Part shown: positions 17,859 to 26,218 of the stretch, piece by piece
Numbering within the stretch: the stretch's first letter is position 1
Layout: every line of letters starts with the position of its first letter
Virus record (IMG/VR): IMGVR_UViG_3300022670_001029
Location: 1 to 28,704 of that record
Length of the DNA stretch: 28,704 bases
Origin: a virus
Lineage: Duplodnaviria; Caudoviricetes
Direction: 5' to 3' (one strand)
The notes under the pieces: generated by a model
Told to the model about the DNA's origin: nothing
The model's database searches: none
What the model saw: the letters and a program-made list of their open reading frames with translations, nothing else
Position numbers and translations under genes: made by a program

Positions 17859-17987
17859 TCATCCAACTCCTCCAGGCATATCTTTTGATGAATTTTTATT
17901 ACTTGCTTTTGACTGGCAGTAGTTCCATCCGTCTGTAGTATGCTTTTCTTTTGGCATTCCACACCAACCGCAGACTGTTTTACTCAA
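17859..17987 (-). CDS. 42-aa Zn-binding microprotein (unlisted)
   Basis: MSKTVCGWCGMPKEKHTTDGWNYC...; TTGA overlap upstream, GGAG before start. Confidence 0.55.
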   Translation of the reverse strand: MSKTVCGWCGMPKEKHTTDGWNYCQSKASNKNSSKDMPGGVG

Positions 17988-18079
17988 TTATTTTTCTCCA
18001 TCTCTTTAATCTCCAACTGTATCACTTTGGATAACTCAAAGCATCCTGCCAGAATTCCTATTCTATCCTGGACTCCCAT
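17984..18079 (-). CDS. 31-aa microprotein (unlisted)
   Basis: MGVQDRIGILAGCFELSKVIQLEIKEMEKNN; TAATG and TTGA coupling fill the gap exactly. Confidence 0.5.
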   Translation of the reverse strand: MGVQDRIGILAGCFELSKVIQLEIKEMEKNN

Positions 18080-18363
18080 TATACAACAACTCCTATCTTC
18101 GCAGCAGTTCTCCAAGTGTTTTTAATTACATTTCTAATTTTTAGAATTCCAGTTTTGTTCATGTATCTAGTAACCTGTCTCAAGTTGTTTCCGTGTTTGT
18201 CACAAAAATATAATTGAATTCTCTTCTTTCCATGATCAGATAATAACTCAAAACCTGAAATTATTGGGATTGATTTAGAACCAGTATCATATGATGTATT
18301 TTTTCTTGTCACCCATTGATCCCCACAGGCTGCACATGTTTCTTTTAGTATCTGTTTACTCAT
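18079..18363 (-). CDS. Hypothetical Zn-binding protein
   Basis: CAAC...CDKH; coupled in operon. Confidence 0.6.
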   Translation of the reverse strand: MSKQILKETCAACGDQWVTRKNTSYDTGSKSIPIISGFELLSDHGKKRIQLYFCDKHGNNLRQVTRYMNKTGILKIRNVIKNTWRTAAKIGVVV

Positions 18364-18544
18364 TACTCTCTCCTGCTAACTGTCTGCCATCATCGTGAAA
18401 TTCTTTTTCCTTCTCTTTGATTATTTCAAGAACATTAGCTTGTAAAGCAGTAATATCCTCACCTGTTACCTCTACTGTAACATCAAGTGACCAAATTCCT
18501 TTTGCAGTGGATTTTGCATTTACTCTGATTCTTTTCTCAACCAT
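18356..18544 (-). CDS. Hypothetical protein
   Basis: 62 aa, GAGGAG upstream, overlaps neighbours. Confidence 0.65.
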   Translation of the reverse strand: MVEKRIRVNAKSTAKGIWSLDVTVEVTGEDITALQANVLEIIKEKEKEFHDDGRQLAGESNE

Positions 18545-18683
18545 TATTATTCATCTCCTCAAAATAATCAATAATAACATGAAATTGATCTATCAATTTT
18601 CTACTATTCTTTGATGATATTTTTACCAGTTTTTGATGGTCTTTAATTTTAATGGTAATTGTAGTAGTTGGATTTAGTGACAT
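18537..18683 (-). CDS. Ribbon-helix-helix regulator candidate (unlisted, 48 aa)
   Basis: MSLNPTTTITIKIKDHQKLVKISSKNSRKLIDQFHVIIDYFEE; TTAATATA box 22-29 nt upstream; first gene of leftward operon. Confidence 0.65.
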   Translation of the reverse strand: MSLNPTTTITIKIKDHQKLVKISSKNSRKLIDQFHVIIDYFEEMNNNG

Positions 18684-18692
18684 GATAACTAA

Positions 18693-19337
18693 TTAATGCT
18701 CATGTATATTAATGTTATTACGTAAAGAGCCTTTTTTTAACTGATAATACGCTTTTCGTTTTGCCTTGTTTTCTGGGGTCTGCTGATACGCTTTTTGTTT
18801 TGCCTTGTTTTCTGGGGTCTGATAATACGCTTTTCGTTTTGCCTTGTTTTCTGGGGTCTGCTGATACGCTTTTTGTTTTGCCTTGTTTTCTGGGGTCTGA
18901 TAATACGCTTTTCGTTTTGCCTTGTATTCTGGGGTCTGCTGATACGCTTTTTGTTTTGCCTTGTTTTCTGGGGTCTGATAATACGCTTTTTGTTTTGCCT
19001 TGTTTTCTGGGGTCTGCTGATACGCTTTTTGTTTTGCCTTGTTTTCTGGGGTCTGATAATACGCTTTTTGTTTTGCCTTGTATTCTGGGGTCTGCTGATA
19101 CGCTTTTTGTTTTGCCTTGTATTCTGGGGTCTGATAATACGCTTTTTGTTTTGCCTTGTATTCTGGGGTCTGCTGATACGCTTTTTGTTTTGCCTTGTGT
19201 TCTGGGGTCTGATAATACGCTTTTCGTTTTGCTATACTATATTTTCTTGAACATTCTGTGGAACAAGTTCTTCTTTTAGATGTGATTTTGGTTTTAAATG
19301 TTTGAATACACATAACACATTTTCTTTCTTCTTTCAT
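18693..19337 (-). CDS. Zn-finger plus basic 13-aa tandem-repeat protein
   Basis: CVMC..CSTEC then KAK(Q/R)KAY(Y/Q)QTPE(N/Y/H) repeats; start ATG 19337 or 19382. Confidence 0.7.
   Translation of the reverse strand: MKEERKCVMCIQTFKTKITSKRRTCSTECSRKYSIAKRKAYYQTPEHKAKQKAYQQTPEYKAKQKAYYQTPEYKAKQKAYQQTPEYKAKQKAYYQTPENKAKQKAYQQTPENKAKQKAYYQTPENKAKQKAYQQTPEYKAKRKAYYQTPENKAKQKAYQQTPENKAKRKAYYQTPENKAKQKAYQQTPENKAKRKAYYQLKKGSLRNNINIHEH
18741..19232. repeat. 39-bp coding tandem repeat, about 12.6 copies, with 78-bp higher-order period
   Basis: Units alternate ctgataatac/ctgctgatac (YY/YQ). Confidence 0.97.
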
Positions 19338-19462
19338 GGTATAGTATAGTATCGTTGTATATCGTTGTGTATATAGTTTCATGTGTAATGGTAAAATGAA
19401 ATTTTGGATTTATATTTTGTTTAATCCAAAAATCTATTATACCACACAGACATCCAAAAGTC

Positions 19463-19900
19463 ATGGGTTCTGATAGTATAACTTTACATCTTAAAGGCCC
19501 ATTACTAAACTACAAGGGAGAACCATTCAAAGATATTGGGGCATTACAGTTATCACAGCAACAAATTAACAATACACCACAAGATAATCTCATAAAGATT
19601 GCACCACTCACTAAACTGGGAGATGAGATATCTGCTTTTCTGGTTGGAATAATTCAGCCAAAGGATGCTGCAGACGCAGTTAAACTAACACGTTGGGCAG
19701 CCAAAATAAATAACAAAATGATTACAGACAAAGGCGAGATACAACTAGACGAAAAGGATCTAAAAGAGATAATTGACATTTTCAAGTCAAGTGTAATCCC
19801 TGTAAAAAGCGCTCATATTTTGGGCTCTATAATTATTCAGCTGGAGCAAAAAGAGGTGGAACTGGCAGAAAAAAAACGAAACCCTGACATTAAAAACTAG
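19463..19900 (+). CDS. Hypothetical phage protein
   Basis: 145-aa ORF with AT-rich box 22-30 nt upstream. Confidence 0.7.
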   Translation: MGSDSITLHLKGPLLNYKGEPFKDIGALQLSQQQINNTPQDNLIKIAPLTKLGDEISAFLVGIIQPKDAADAVKLTRWAAKINNKMITDKGEIQLDEKDLKEIIDIFKSSVIPVKSAHILGSIIIQLEQKEVELAEKKRNPDIKN

Positions 19901-19924
19901 TAGTTAGATTAATCATACTATACA

Positions 19925-20185
19925 ATGAGTGAAATAATAACCCAAATTGGCATTGACATATTAACTGCACTGATAGTTGCAGCAATTTTGGTGGCTGCAT
20001 CATTCATGTGTGTATTTTACAAGAGTCTCAAAAAACAAAGTGCTGACATCAAGCTAATGAAAAAGGCATCAGTCTTTGTATTACGCAGACTAGTCCATGA
20101 AACTAAAACATTACATCCAGAAGCTATAGAGGAGATTGAAGATTTAGAGCAAACCTACAAGGATATGATAGAGAATGATGACTGA
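19925..20185 (+). CDS. Single-pass membrane protein
   Basis: ILTALIVAAILVAASFMCVFY followed by KSLKK and a helical tail. Confidence 0.7.
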   Translation: MSEIITQIGIDILTALIVAAILVAASFMCVFYKSLKKQSADIKLMKKASVFVLRRLVHETKTLHPEAIEEIEDLEQTYKDMIENDD

Positions 20186-20237
20186 TAAAATTTAAAGGAA
20201 AAAAACACTTAATAATACACATTACTATGAGTAACTA

Positions 20238-20390
20238 ATGGTTGATAATAGTTCTCCAGTAAAGGTTTACAAATTACTCATAAAAAGGGCAAAAAAGTTT
20301 GTAGGACCTACAAAGGATTATCCTCATTTGGCACATTTTGCCAATATTGCGTTTAAGGAAAAATTAGAAAGATTGGAGGCAGAAAAATGA
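20238..20390 (+). CDS. Ribbon-helix-helix (CopG-like) regulator candidate (unlisted, 50 aa)
   Basis: MVDNSSPVKVYKLLIKRAKKFVGPTKDYPHLAHFANIAFKEKLERLEAEK; A-run plus TTAATAAT upstream; ATGA overlap with 20387. Confidence 0.65.
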   Translation: MVDNSSPVKVYKLLIKRAKKFVGPTKDYPHLAHFANIAFKEKLERLEAEK

Positions 20391-21910
20391 TTACAACTCT
20401 TACTATATCACAAAAGTCACAAATTACAAAGACTAGAGACGAATGGCTAGCACTGTGCCAAACTCAAACTGACATTACTATTCCCGATGTAGAGCAAGGA
20501 GTAGCACAACTATACGCATTAGATAACAGAAAAAAACCCCTAATCCTAATTCTTAATGACCCCTTACAATGCCAATACCTGGCAAATATCATATCAGACA
20601 AAAAAGGTTCACAGATTGATTCACAGATTGATTCACAGATTGGTTCACAGATTCGTTCACAGATTGGTTCACAGATTCGTTCACAGATTCGTTCACAGAT
20701 TCGTTCACAGATTCGTTCACAGATTCGTTCACAGATTCGTTCACAGATTGGTTCACAGATTGGTTCACAGATTGGTTCACAGATTGGTTCACAGATTGGT
20801 TCACAGATTGGTTCACAGATTGGTTCACAGATTCGTTCACAGATTGGTTCACAGATTGATTCACAGATTGGTTCACAGATTGGTTCACAGATTGGTTCAC
20901 AGATTCGTTCACAGATTCGTTCACAGATTGGTTCACAGATTGATTCACAGATTGAATCACAGATTCGTTCACAGATTGAATCACAGATTGGTTCACAGAT
21001 TGAATCACAGATTGGTTCACAGATTGAATCACAGATTGATTCACAGATTGATTCACAGATTGGTTCACAGATTGGTTCACAGATTGATTCACAGATTGGT
21101 TCACAGATTGATTCACAGATTGATTCACAGATTGATTCACAGATTGGTTCACAGATTGATTCACAGATTGATTCACAGATTGATTCACAGATTGATTCAC
21201 AGATTGATTCACAGATTGATTCACAGATTGATTCACAGATTGATTCACAGATTCGATATTTTTATCGCTTAGGTGGTTTAGCATGGAGAAGTTGGTATCT
21301 TTCTTACTACGAATACTATCTAAAGACGGGATTACTCAAAGTGAATAAAGAGTTAGAACTACTCACAACCCAACATATAGAATTTCTAAAAAAAGGAATA
21401 TGGGAATTAATATTATTTGAAAACGTATGTATCATATCAAAATGTCCTAAAACAAAACGAGATGAGAACAACAGACTACACTCTATAACTGGAAAGGCAG
21501 TAGAGTTCAAATCAGGTTATGGATTTTATGCAATTCAGGGAGTACCCTTTGATGAGAAACTATGGAGTAAGGTTGTTAAGAAAAAACTAGGTGTAAAACA
21601 ATTACTATCCATAAATAATACTGACCAAAGATTTGTGGCAATCAGTCATTATGGATTTGAGAATATTATACATAAGATGGATAAAACATTACTTGATACA
21701 GGCAAGTTTGGAAACAAACTATACTCCACACAATTTGAAAAAGGCATAGAGTTAAGATTTCTCACATATCCTGACATTGATGATAATACGAGACAACGTG
21801 TTTCATTTGTAGACCCTAAATTAAAAAAAGCAGATGAAGCCCAAAGTTGGAAACATAATTGCACTGTTGAGGATTATTATAAGATGGAGATATTAAAGAA
21901 TAAGATATGA
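20387..21910 (+). CDS. DUF6745-like protein with internal SQIx tetrapeptide array
   Basis: LYAL..RKKP..LILNDPL before the array; WYLSYYEY, FENVCIISKCP..RDENNRLHSITGKAVEFKSGYGFYAIQGVPF after it. Confidence 0.75.
   Translation: MITTLTISQKSQITKTRDEWLALCQTQTDITIPDVEQGVAQLYALDNRKKPLILILNDPLQCQYLANIISDKKGSQIDSQIDSQIGSQIRSQIGSQIRSQIRSQIRSQIRSQIRSQIRSQIGSQIGSQIGSQIGSQIGSQIGSQIGSQIRSQIGSQIDSQIGSQIGSQIGSQIRSQIRSQIGSQIDSQIESQIRSQIESQIGSQIESQIGSQIESQIDSQIDSQIGSQIGSQIDSQIGSQIDSQIDSQIDSQIGSQIDSQIDSQIDSQIDSQIDSQIDSQIDSQIDSQIRYFYRLGGLAWRSWYLSYYEYYLKTGLLKVNKELELLTTQHIEFLKKGIWELILFENVCIISKCPKTKRDENNRLHSITGKAVEFKSGYGFYAIQGVPFDEKLWSKVVKKKLGVKQLLSINNTDQRFVAISHYGFENIIHKMDKTLLDTGKFGNKLYSTQFEKGIELRFLTYPDIDDNTRQRVSFVDPKLKKADEAQSWKHNCTVEDYYKMEILKNKI
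20609..21256. repeat. 12-bp coding tandem repeat, 54 copies, TCACAGATT plus GGT/GAT/CGT/GAA
   Basis: 648 nt; nine invariant bases per unit. Confidence 0.98.
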
Positions 21911-22350
21911 CTGTACATAATTCTCCAATTCAACGATTCTTACAAAAGATAACGATTAACTCAAATGGATGTTGGGTATGGACTGGACGTTTAGATTACT
22001 ATGGATATGGTACAATGAAGGTAATTAATAAAACAAAAAAATCTCATAGATTCATCTATGAATATTATCATGGCATGATTTGTCCTGACTTAACCATAGA
22101 CCACTTGTGCAGAAACAAAGCTTGTAGCAATCCTATCCATTTAGAACAGGTAACGAATAGAGAAAATATTTTGAGAGGCAATAATCCTGCCGCCATTAAT
22201 GCACGAAGAACTCATTGTATTCATGGACATAAATATTGTACACAAAACGCATACACACCATTCAAAGGTCAAAGACGTTGCAAATGGTGTACACTAAAAA
22301 ATAATAAATTATCTCGACTGAGAAAAAAGGAGATACTATCATACTCATGA
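21907..22350 (+). CDS. HNH endonuclease (HNH_3 type)
   Basis: GCWVWTG..GYG..SHRFIYE..DHLCRNKACSNPIHLEQVT..EN..THCIHGH. Confidence 0.92.
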   Translation: MTVHNSPIQRFLQKITINSNGCWVWTGRLDYYGYGTMKVINKTKKSHRFIYEYYHGMICPDLTIDHLCRNKACSNPIHLEQVTNRENILRGNNPAAINARRTHCIHGHKYCTQNAYTPFKGQRRCKWCTLKNNKLSRLRKKEILSYS

Positions 22351-22688
22351 CTTTTCAAACAATGCAAGGTGATGTGGATATTCGGGAGATAAAATCAATT
22401 CCCAAATCTGCAAAACTCATAGATACAAAAACCGTCATGTATGGTGAGGCTACAGGTCACCACCACACATTCGCGGGACAGGTTCTTGTGTACAAACCAA
22501 CAAAAAATGATACCATACCAGTGAGAGACGAAAATGTTTCAGTCCAGAAATATGTCAAACTCTCCCAGGATACCAAACTCGTACATCAAGAACACGCAAC
22601 TCAGACCATCCCAAAAGGCACGTATGCCATCCTTCAAGAGAGGGAATGGGATGTACTGAAAAACCAAATAACAAAGGTGCTTGACTAA
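22347..22688 (+). CDS. His-rich QGDV protein, usual partner of DUF6745-like genes
   Basis: QGDV, GEATGHHH, LVHQEH..IPKGTY.ILQERE. Confidence 0.75.
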   Translation: MTFQTMQGDVDIREIKSIPKSAKLIDTKTVMYGEATGHHHTFAGQVLVYKPTKNDTIPVRDENVSVQKYVKLSQDTKLVHQEHATQTIPKGTYAILQEREWDVLKNQITKVLD

Positions 22689-23887
22689 TGAAAAGTACCT
22701 TTGTATCTTTTTCTTTACTTCTTTTTGCTTTTCTACTAATGTCTACTGTTACAGTTTTTGATGAGGCATATGCACACCATCCATCTAACCAAGCAACATT
22801 AACCAGTGATAAATTAATTTACTTAATTAATGATACAATCACCCTAACCTGTATCGTAGAAAATGGCGGGGACCCAAAGGATACACGTTGGGGATTTAGT
22901 AACGCTGTCTCTCCTCAAAGACATCCTGCCGTTTACTCTTTTCCAGCTAGTGATTTTGGACTAGGTGAGTATGATGTATTTTGTCACAATCATCCCCTCT
23001 CAGATTACAAGCCTCCTGCTGGAGGGCCTATACCTATTAATCACAGTGAAAAAGTAATTTTCTTTATTGTTGATGAAATATTCCCAATCCCTGACTTGGA
23101 TATAACACCCGCAATTTTACTTGATATTGAAATTAATGATGATGATACCATTCTACTACTAACAGAACCAAACAAGAAAAGTGGTAATGGCAGTTGTAAT
23201 GACTGCACTCCTCCAACCATAGGACTAGACAAAGACGGTGTTAGATATGTGGATGGTGGCTTGAAACTAAATGGTGTATCGTATAATGGTGATTACTTTA
23301 AGAATCACATGAATATGCAATATACAGAAATTGGAAAGATGAATCACTTACACCTTAAAGTGTATGAGAATAGTGGGGCATACAACATTGATATGATACA
23401 GTTTGGTATTGTACCAGAGATAGGTTCACCAATTAATAATTACGAGCCAAGAATAGAGATTGATGTTAGTAATTTCGCCAATGATGTGTATAATCCCTCA
23501 CTAGATAATATCACTCTAATAGATAAGAAAGGAATTATTGATAATTATGACGTAACAGTATCTATTGTACAATGTATGGAAGAATACACCCAGCAATGTC
23601 TACAATTAGATATTTATTGGACTTTTGCTAAAGTACCTGAATTTAATGTACTATTAATTAACGGATGGGATAATAACAAAAATTCCTTTAATAATTATTT
23701 TAATGATGGTCTTACTACAATAGACCCCAACTATGTAGAACCTCAAATCATACCACCATACAAGTATGAATGCGAAGATCCTTCTTTAGATAGTATTCAA
23801 GTATGGACTAGAACAAATTGCAACTTTGCAGAGTATAAATTAAAAATAGCACAAGAGGCATTAGAATACTTGGAGAGTATGAAATGA
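22688..23887 (+). CDS. Secreted protein with thaumarchaeal DCTPPTxG domain
   Basis: Signal peptide ending EAYA; CNDCTPPTIGLDKDG..VDGG..LNG, LKVYENSG. Confidence 0.7.
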   Translation: MKSTFVSFSLLLFAFLLMSTVTVFDEAYAHHPSNQATLTSDKLIYLINDTITLTCIVENGGDPKDTRWGFSNAVSPQRHPAVYSFPASDFGLGEYDVFCHNHPLSDYKPPAGGPIPINHSEKVIFFIVDEIFPIPDLDITPAILLDIEINDDDTILLLTEPNKKSGNGSCNDCTPPTIGLDKDGVRYVDGGLKLNGVSYNGDYFKNHMNMQYTEIGKMNHLHLKVYENSGAYNIDMIQFGIVPEIGSPINNYEPRIEIDVSNFANDVYNPSLDNITLIDKKGIIDNYDVTVSIVQCMEEYTQQCLQLDIYWTFAKVPEFNVLLINGWDNNKNSFNNYFNDGLTTIDPNYVEPQIIPPYKYECEDPSLDSIQVWTRTNCNFAEYKLKIAQEALEYLESMK

Positions 23888-24162
23888 AACTAACAGAACA
23901 AGATATTACAGTTGATCAACATCAAGGAGTAGTTTTCAAAGGATGTCAAATCAAAATTTACGTTAATGATGTAACATCTATTGAATATGGAAAGAAAGTA
24001 AAGGAACAAATTCTGACCAATCAGTATATTGTAGATGCTCTAAGAGGGAGAGGACTGTCTTTTCTTGAGAGTATATTGTCTACTGAGGATTTTGGAAGAT
24101 TTAAAATTCTATTTGATGAGAAATCTATAAAAATTTTAGAATATTTGGCTAAAGAGGAATAA
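23884..24162 (+). CDS. Hypothetical protein
   Basis: ATGA overlap, GGAG upstream. Confidence 0.6.
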   Translation: MKLTEQDITVDQHQGVVFKGCQIKIYVNDVTSIEYGKKVKEQILTNQYIVDALRGRGLSFLESILSTEDFGRFKILFDEKSIKILEYLAKEE

Positions 24163-24165
24163 GAA

Positions 24166-24282
24166 ATGAATGAAATAACTGATCAACAATGTACATGTGT
24201 ATGCCATAAAGAAGACATGGATAAAGAAACATATCAAAAGATGTGCTGGAAGTGTGACGGGACTGGAGTAATACAAAATTGA
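24166..24282 (+). CDS. 38-aa Cys-rich microprotein (unlisted)
   Basis: CTCVCH...CWKCDGTG; GAGG upstream, TTGA overlap. Confidence 0.55.
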   Translation: MNEITDQQCTCVCHKEDMDKETYQKMCWKCDGTGVIQN

Positions 24283-24533
24283 AAGTAAGACCTAACGTCC
24301 AACTAATTGATCAGGAAACAACAATAAACCAATTTGGGGTAATCAAGACATATAAAAAAACAGCTCTAACTGAAGCAATACAAATGAAGGAACCCTTTGA
24401 TGTGGTTACTCGTGAAGGTCTAATGTTTGGTAAAGCAGGTGATTATCTCTGTATTGGAATAAGAGGTGAACACTGGCCAGTTGATAAGGAAATATTTGAG
24501 GAAACATATGAAGAGGTAAAAGTTCCAGCATGA
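24279..24533 (+). CDS. PGDYG-like phage protein
   Basis: TREG...KAGDYL..GIRGEHWPVDKEIFEETYE. Confidence 0.75.
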   Translation: MKVRPNVQLIDQETTINQFGVIKTYKKTALTEAIQMKEPFDVVTREGLMFGKAGDYLCIGIRGEHWPVDKEIFEETYEEVKVPA

Positions 24534-24706
24534 CATTAGCAAAAGAACATTGTCCAAAGTGCAATAGTTTGATTATAAATGGCAAACATTACACAGTTGG
24601 GAAAAATACCCCAGCATGGACAGACAAAGAAATTAAACTCGCTGAGAAATTTGATAAACTACACAAAGAAGGTAAAGTAACATTTAGGAGCATAGAGATT
24701 GACTGA
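24530..24706 (+). CDS. 58-aa microprotein (unlisted)
   Basis: MTLAKEHCPKCNS...; ATGA overlap, GAGGT upstream. Confidence 0.55.
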   Translation: MTLAKEHCPKCNSLIINGKHYTVGKNTPAWTDKEIKLAEKFDKLHKEGKVTFRSIEID

Positions 24707-24845
24707 CCATATTTATTTCTGTCCTAAATGTGGAAAAAAAGAATTTACTAAAGTAGACGGATTCAAAGATTGGTTCAAATGTTGCTTTTGTGAATTAGGA
24801 TATGTTATTAGATTACATTCAGATAATTCAGGAGGAAAAAAATGA
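24699..24845 (+). CDS. 48-aa Zn-ribbon microprotein (unlisted)
   Basis: FCPKCG...FKCCFC; TTG start after AGGAG; ATGA overlap with 24842. Confidence 0.55.
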   Translation: MTDHIYFCPKCGKKEFTKVDGFKDWFKCCFCELGYVIRLHSDNSGGKK

Positions 24846-25144
24846 CTTTTGTTGTAAACAAAAAAGACCATGTTTACGATGTCTACATAGGACGACCTAC
24901 CAAATGGGGAAATCCTTTTGCTATTGGAAAAGACGGAAATCGTGAACAAGTAATTGAAAAATATAGAGAATGGGTACTAAAACAACCAAAACTAATGAGT
25001 GAATTACATGAGTTACAAGATAAAATTTTAGGCTGTTTTTGTAAACCTCAAGCATGTCACGGTGATATTCTCAAAGAATTAGTTGACAAGTTATACACAC
25101 ACTATACACTTCAAACAAAAGATCCAGGAGATAAATTACAATGA
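24842..25144 (+). CDS. DUF4326 family protein
   Basis: YIGRPTKWGNPF...LGCFCKPQACHGDIL. Confidence 0.9.
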   Translation: MTFVVNKKDHVYDVYIGRPTKWGNPFAIGKDGNREQVIEKYREWVLKQPKLMSELHELQDKILGCFCKPQACHGDILKELVDKLYTHYTLQTKDPGDKLQ

Positions 25145-25457
25145 ATTTTTTAACAAAGTTTTTACGAATAGGTAGTGGCTCACCACTCAAAATCCATGTG
25201 TTTATTAATATGGTAATGATCAACTAACATTATATCTTAAATCTCCTTGCTTGGAATTTTTGATGTAATGTGTTTGGCTTGGGGGTTGTTTGAAGCAAGT
25301 GCCCAAGCTAATTTTTATTAAATTCATAAATTTGAGAAATATTTAGAACAACATTATAAACAACAACTAATAACTCAACTTGAATCCACAGAAAACCCTC
25401 ATATCAAAATAGAAAAAATACACAGACCTAAAATAAAATCACCTGTAGAATAGAGAT

Positions 25458-25574
25458 ATGAGTAAATGGACCTGTGAAAATTGTGATCTACACACAGATG
25501 ACTTTGATACGGTGTGGAGTCATTGTAAAGGCGCAGCACATGTTATGTTTTTAACATCTTCAATAACCACATAA
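25458..25574 (+). CDS. C2H2-type Zn-finger microprotein (unlisted, 38 aa)
   Basis: WTCENC-x12-H-x5-H. Confidence 0.5.
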   Translation: MSKWTCENCDLHTDDFDTVWSHCKGAAHVMFLTSSITT

Positions 25575-25632
25575 AATCTTGATAGATATGGAATGTAAAT
25601 GATTAATTTACTCTATTATATAGAAATAATTA

Positions 25633-25749
25633 ATGATTGAAAACTGTACATGTTCAATATACGATTATACATCCAGTGGAAAAATATACAAAAGAAGGTC
25701 CTTTGTTGTAGGCTGTCCAATTCACGATAAATCCCTACAGGTATATTAG
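25633..25749 (+). CDS. 38-aa CxC...CPxH microprotein (unlisted)
   Basis: MIENCTC...GCPIHD. Confidence 0.5.
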   Translation: MIENCTCSIYDYTSSGKIYKRRSFVVGCPIHDKSLQVY

Positions 25750-25751
25750 AA

Positions 25752-25880
25752 ATGCAATGCAAAAGTTGCAAATATCACACTGATTTGTGGAGATTCATGA
25801 AAATACATTACATGATAAAACATCCACAGATAGATTATCCGGAACAGTTCTTTCAAAAAAGTAAGAGAATCTTTAAATGA
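25752..25880 (+). CDS. C2H2 Zn-finger microprotein (unlisted, 42 aa)
   Basis: CKSC-x12-H-x4-HP. Confidence 0.6.
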   Translation: MQCKSCKYHTDLWRFMKIHYMIKHPQIDYPEQFFQKSKRIFK

Positions 25881-26035
25881 TTAATTATAATCCATTATTC
25901 ATGTTTAGTAAAATATCAGGTTATTTCCAGACATTGAAATATTCTGTGTGTAATGCCTTGAAGAATGTAAGAACAGCACAGCAAAAAAATAGTGGAAAAA
26001 AGAGTAAAAAAAATAGTGGAAAAAATAAATAAAAT

Positions 26036-26206
26036 CTATTGATCTCTGCTAACTATCAAAGCCGAATACAAAAATCCTTTGCCTGAATGAGTTATTCCAT
26101 AATGTATGGTGTGTTTTTTGTCAGCTATATTATTTAGATAATCTTGTATTCTTGAAGCAAATTTTTCCTCATCTGAAAATTCTTCAATGATTTTTGTTAT
26201 TGCCAT
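26036..26206 (-). CDS. 56-aa small protein, Cse60/DUF2758-like pattern (unlisted)
   Basis: MAITKIIEEFSDEEKFASRIQDYL...IHY...YSALIV. Confidence 0.5.
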   Translation of the reverse strand: MAITKIIEEFSDEEKFASRIQDYLNNIADKKHTIHYGITHSGKGFLYSALIVSRDQ

Positions 26207-26218
26207 AATGATGAATTA

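Noticed and set aside
18741-19232. CRISPR-like periodicity
   Set aside because: No unique spacers; whole 39-bp unit repeats in frame within a CDS
18761-19279. Plus-strand hydrophobic repeat ORFs
   Set aside because: Antisense shadows of the 39-bp repeat
20556-21284. Long alternative-frame ORFs (HRLI and NQSV repeats)
   Set aside because: By-product of a stop-free 12-bp unit; they close right outside the array
20387-21910. Diversity-generating retroelement target
   Set aside because: No reverse transcriptase or template repeat in window; variation fits slippage
25141-25450. Gene after DUF4326
   Set aside because: Only short broken frames; possibly decayed, no recognisable product
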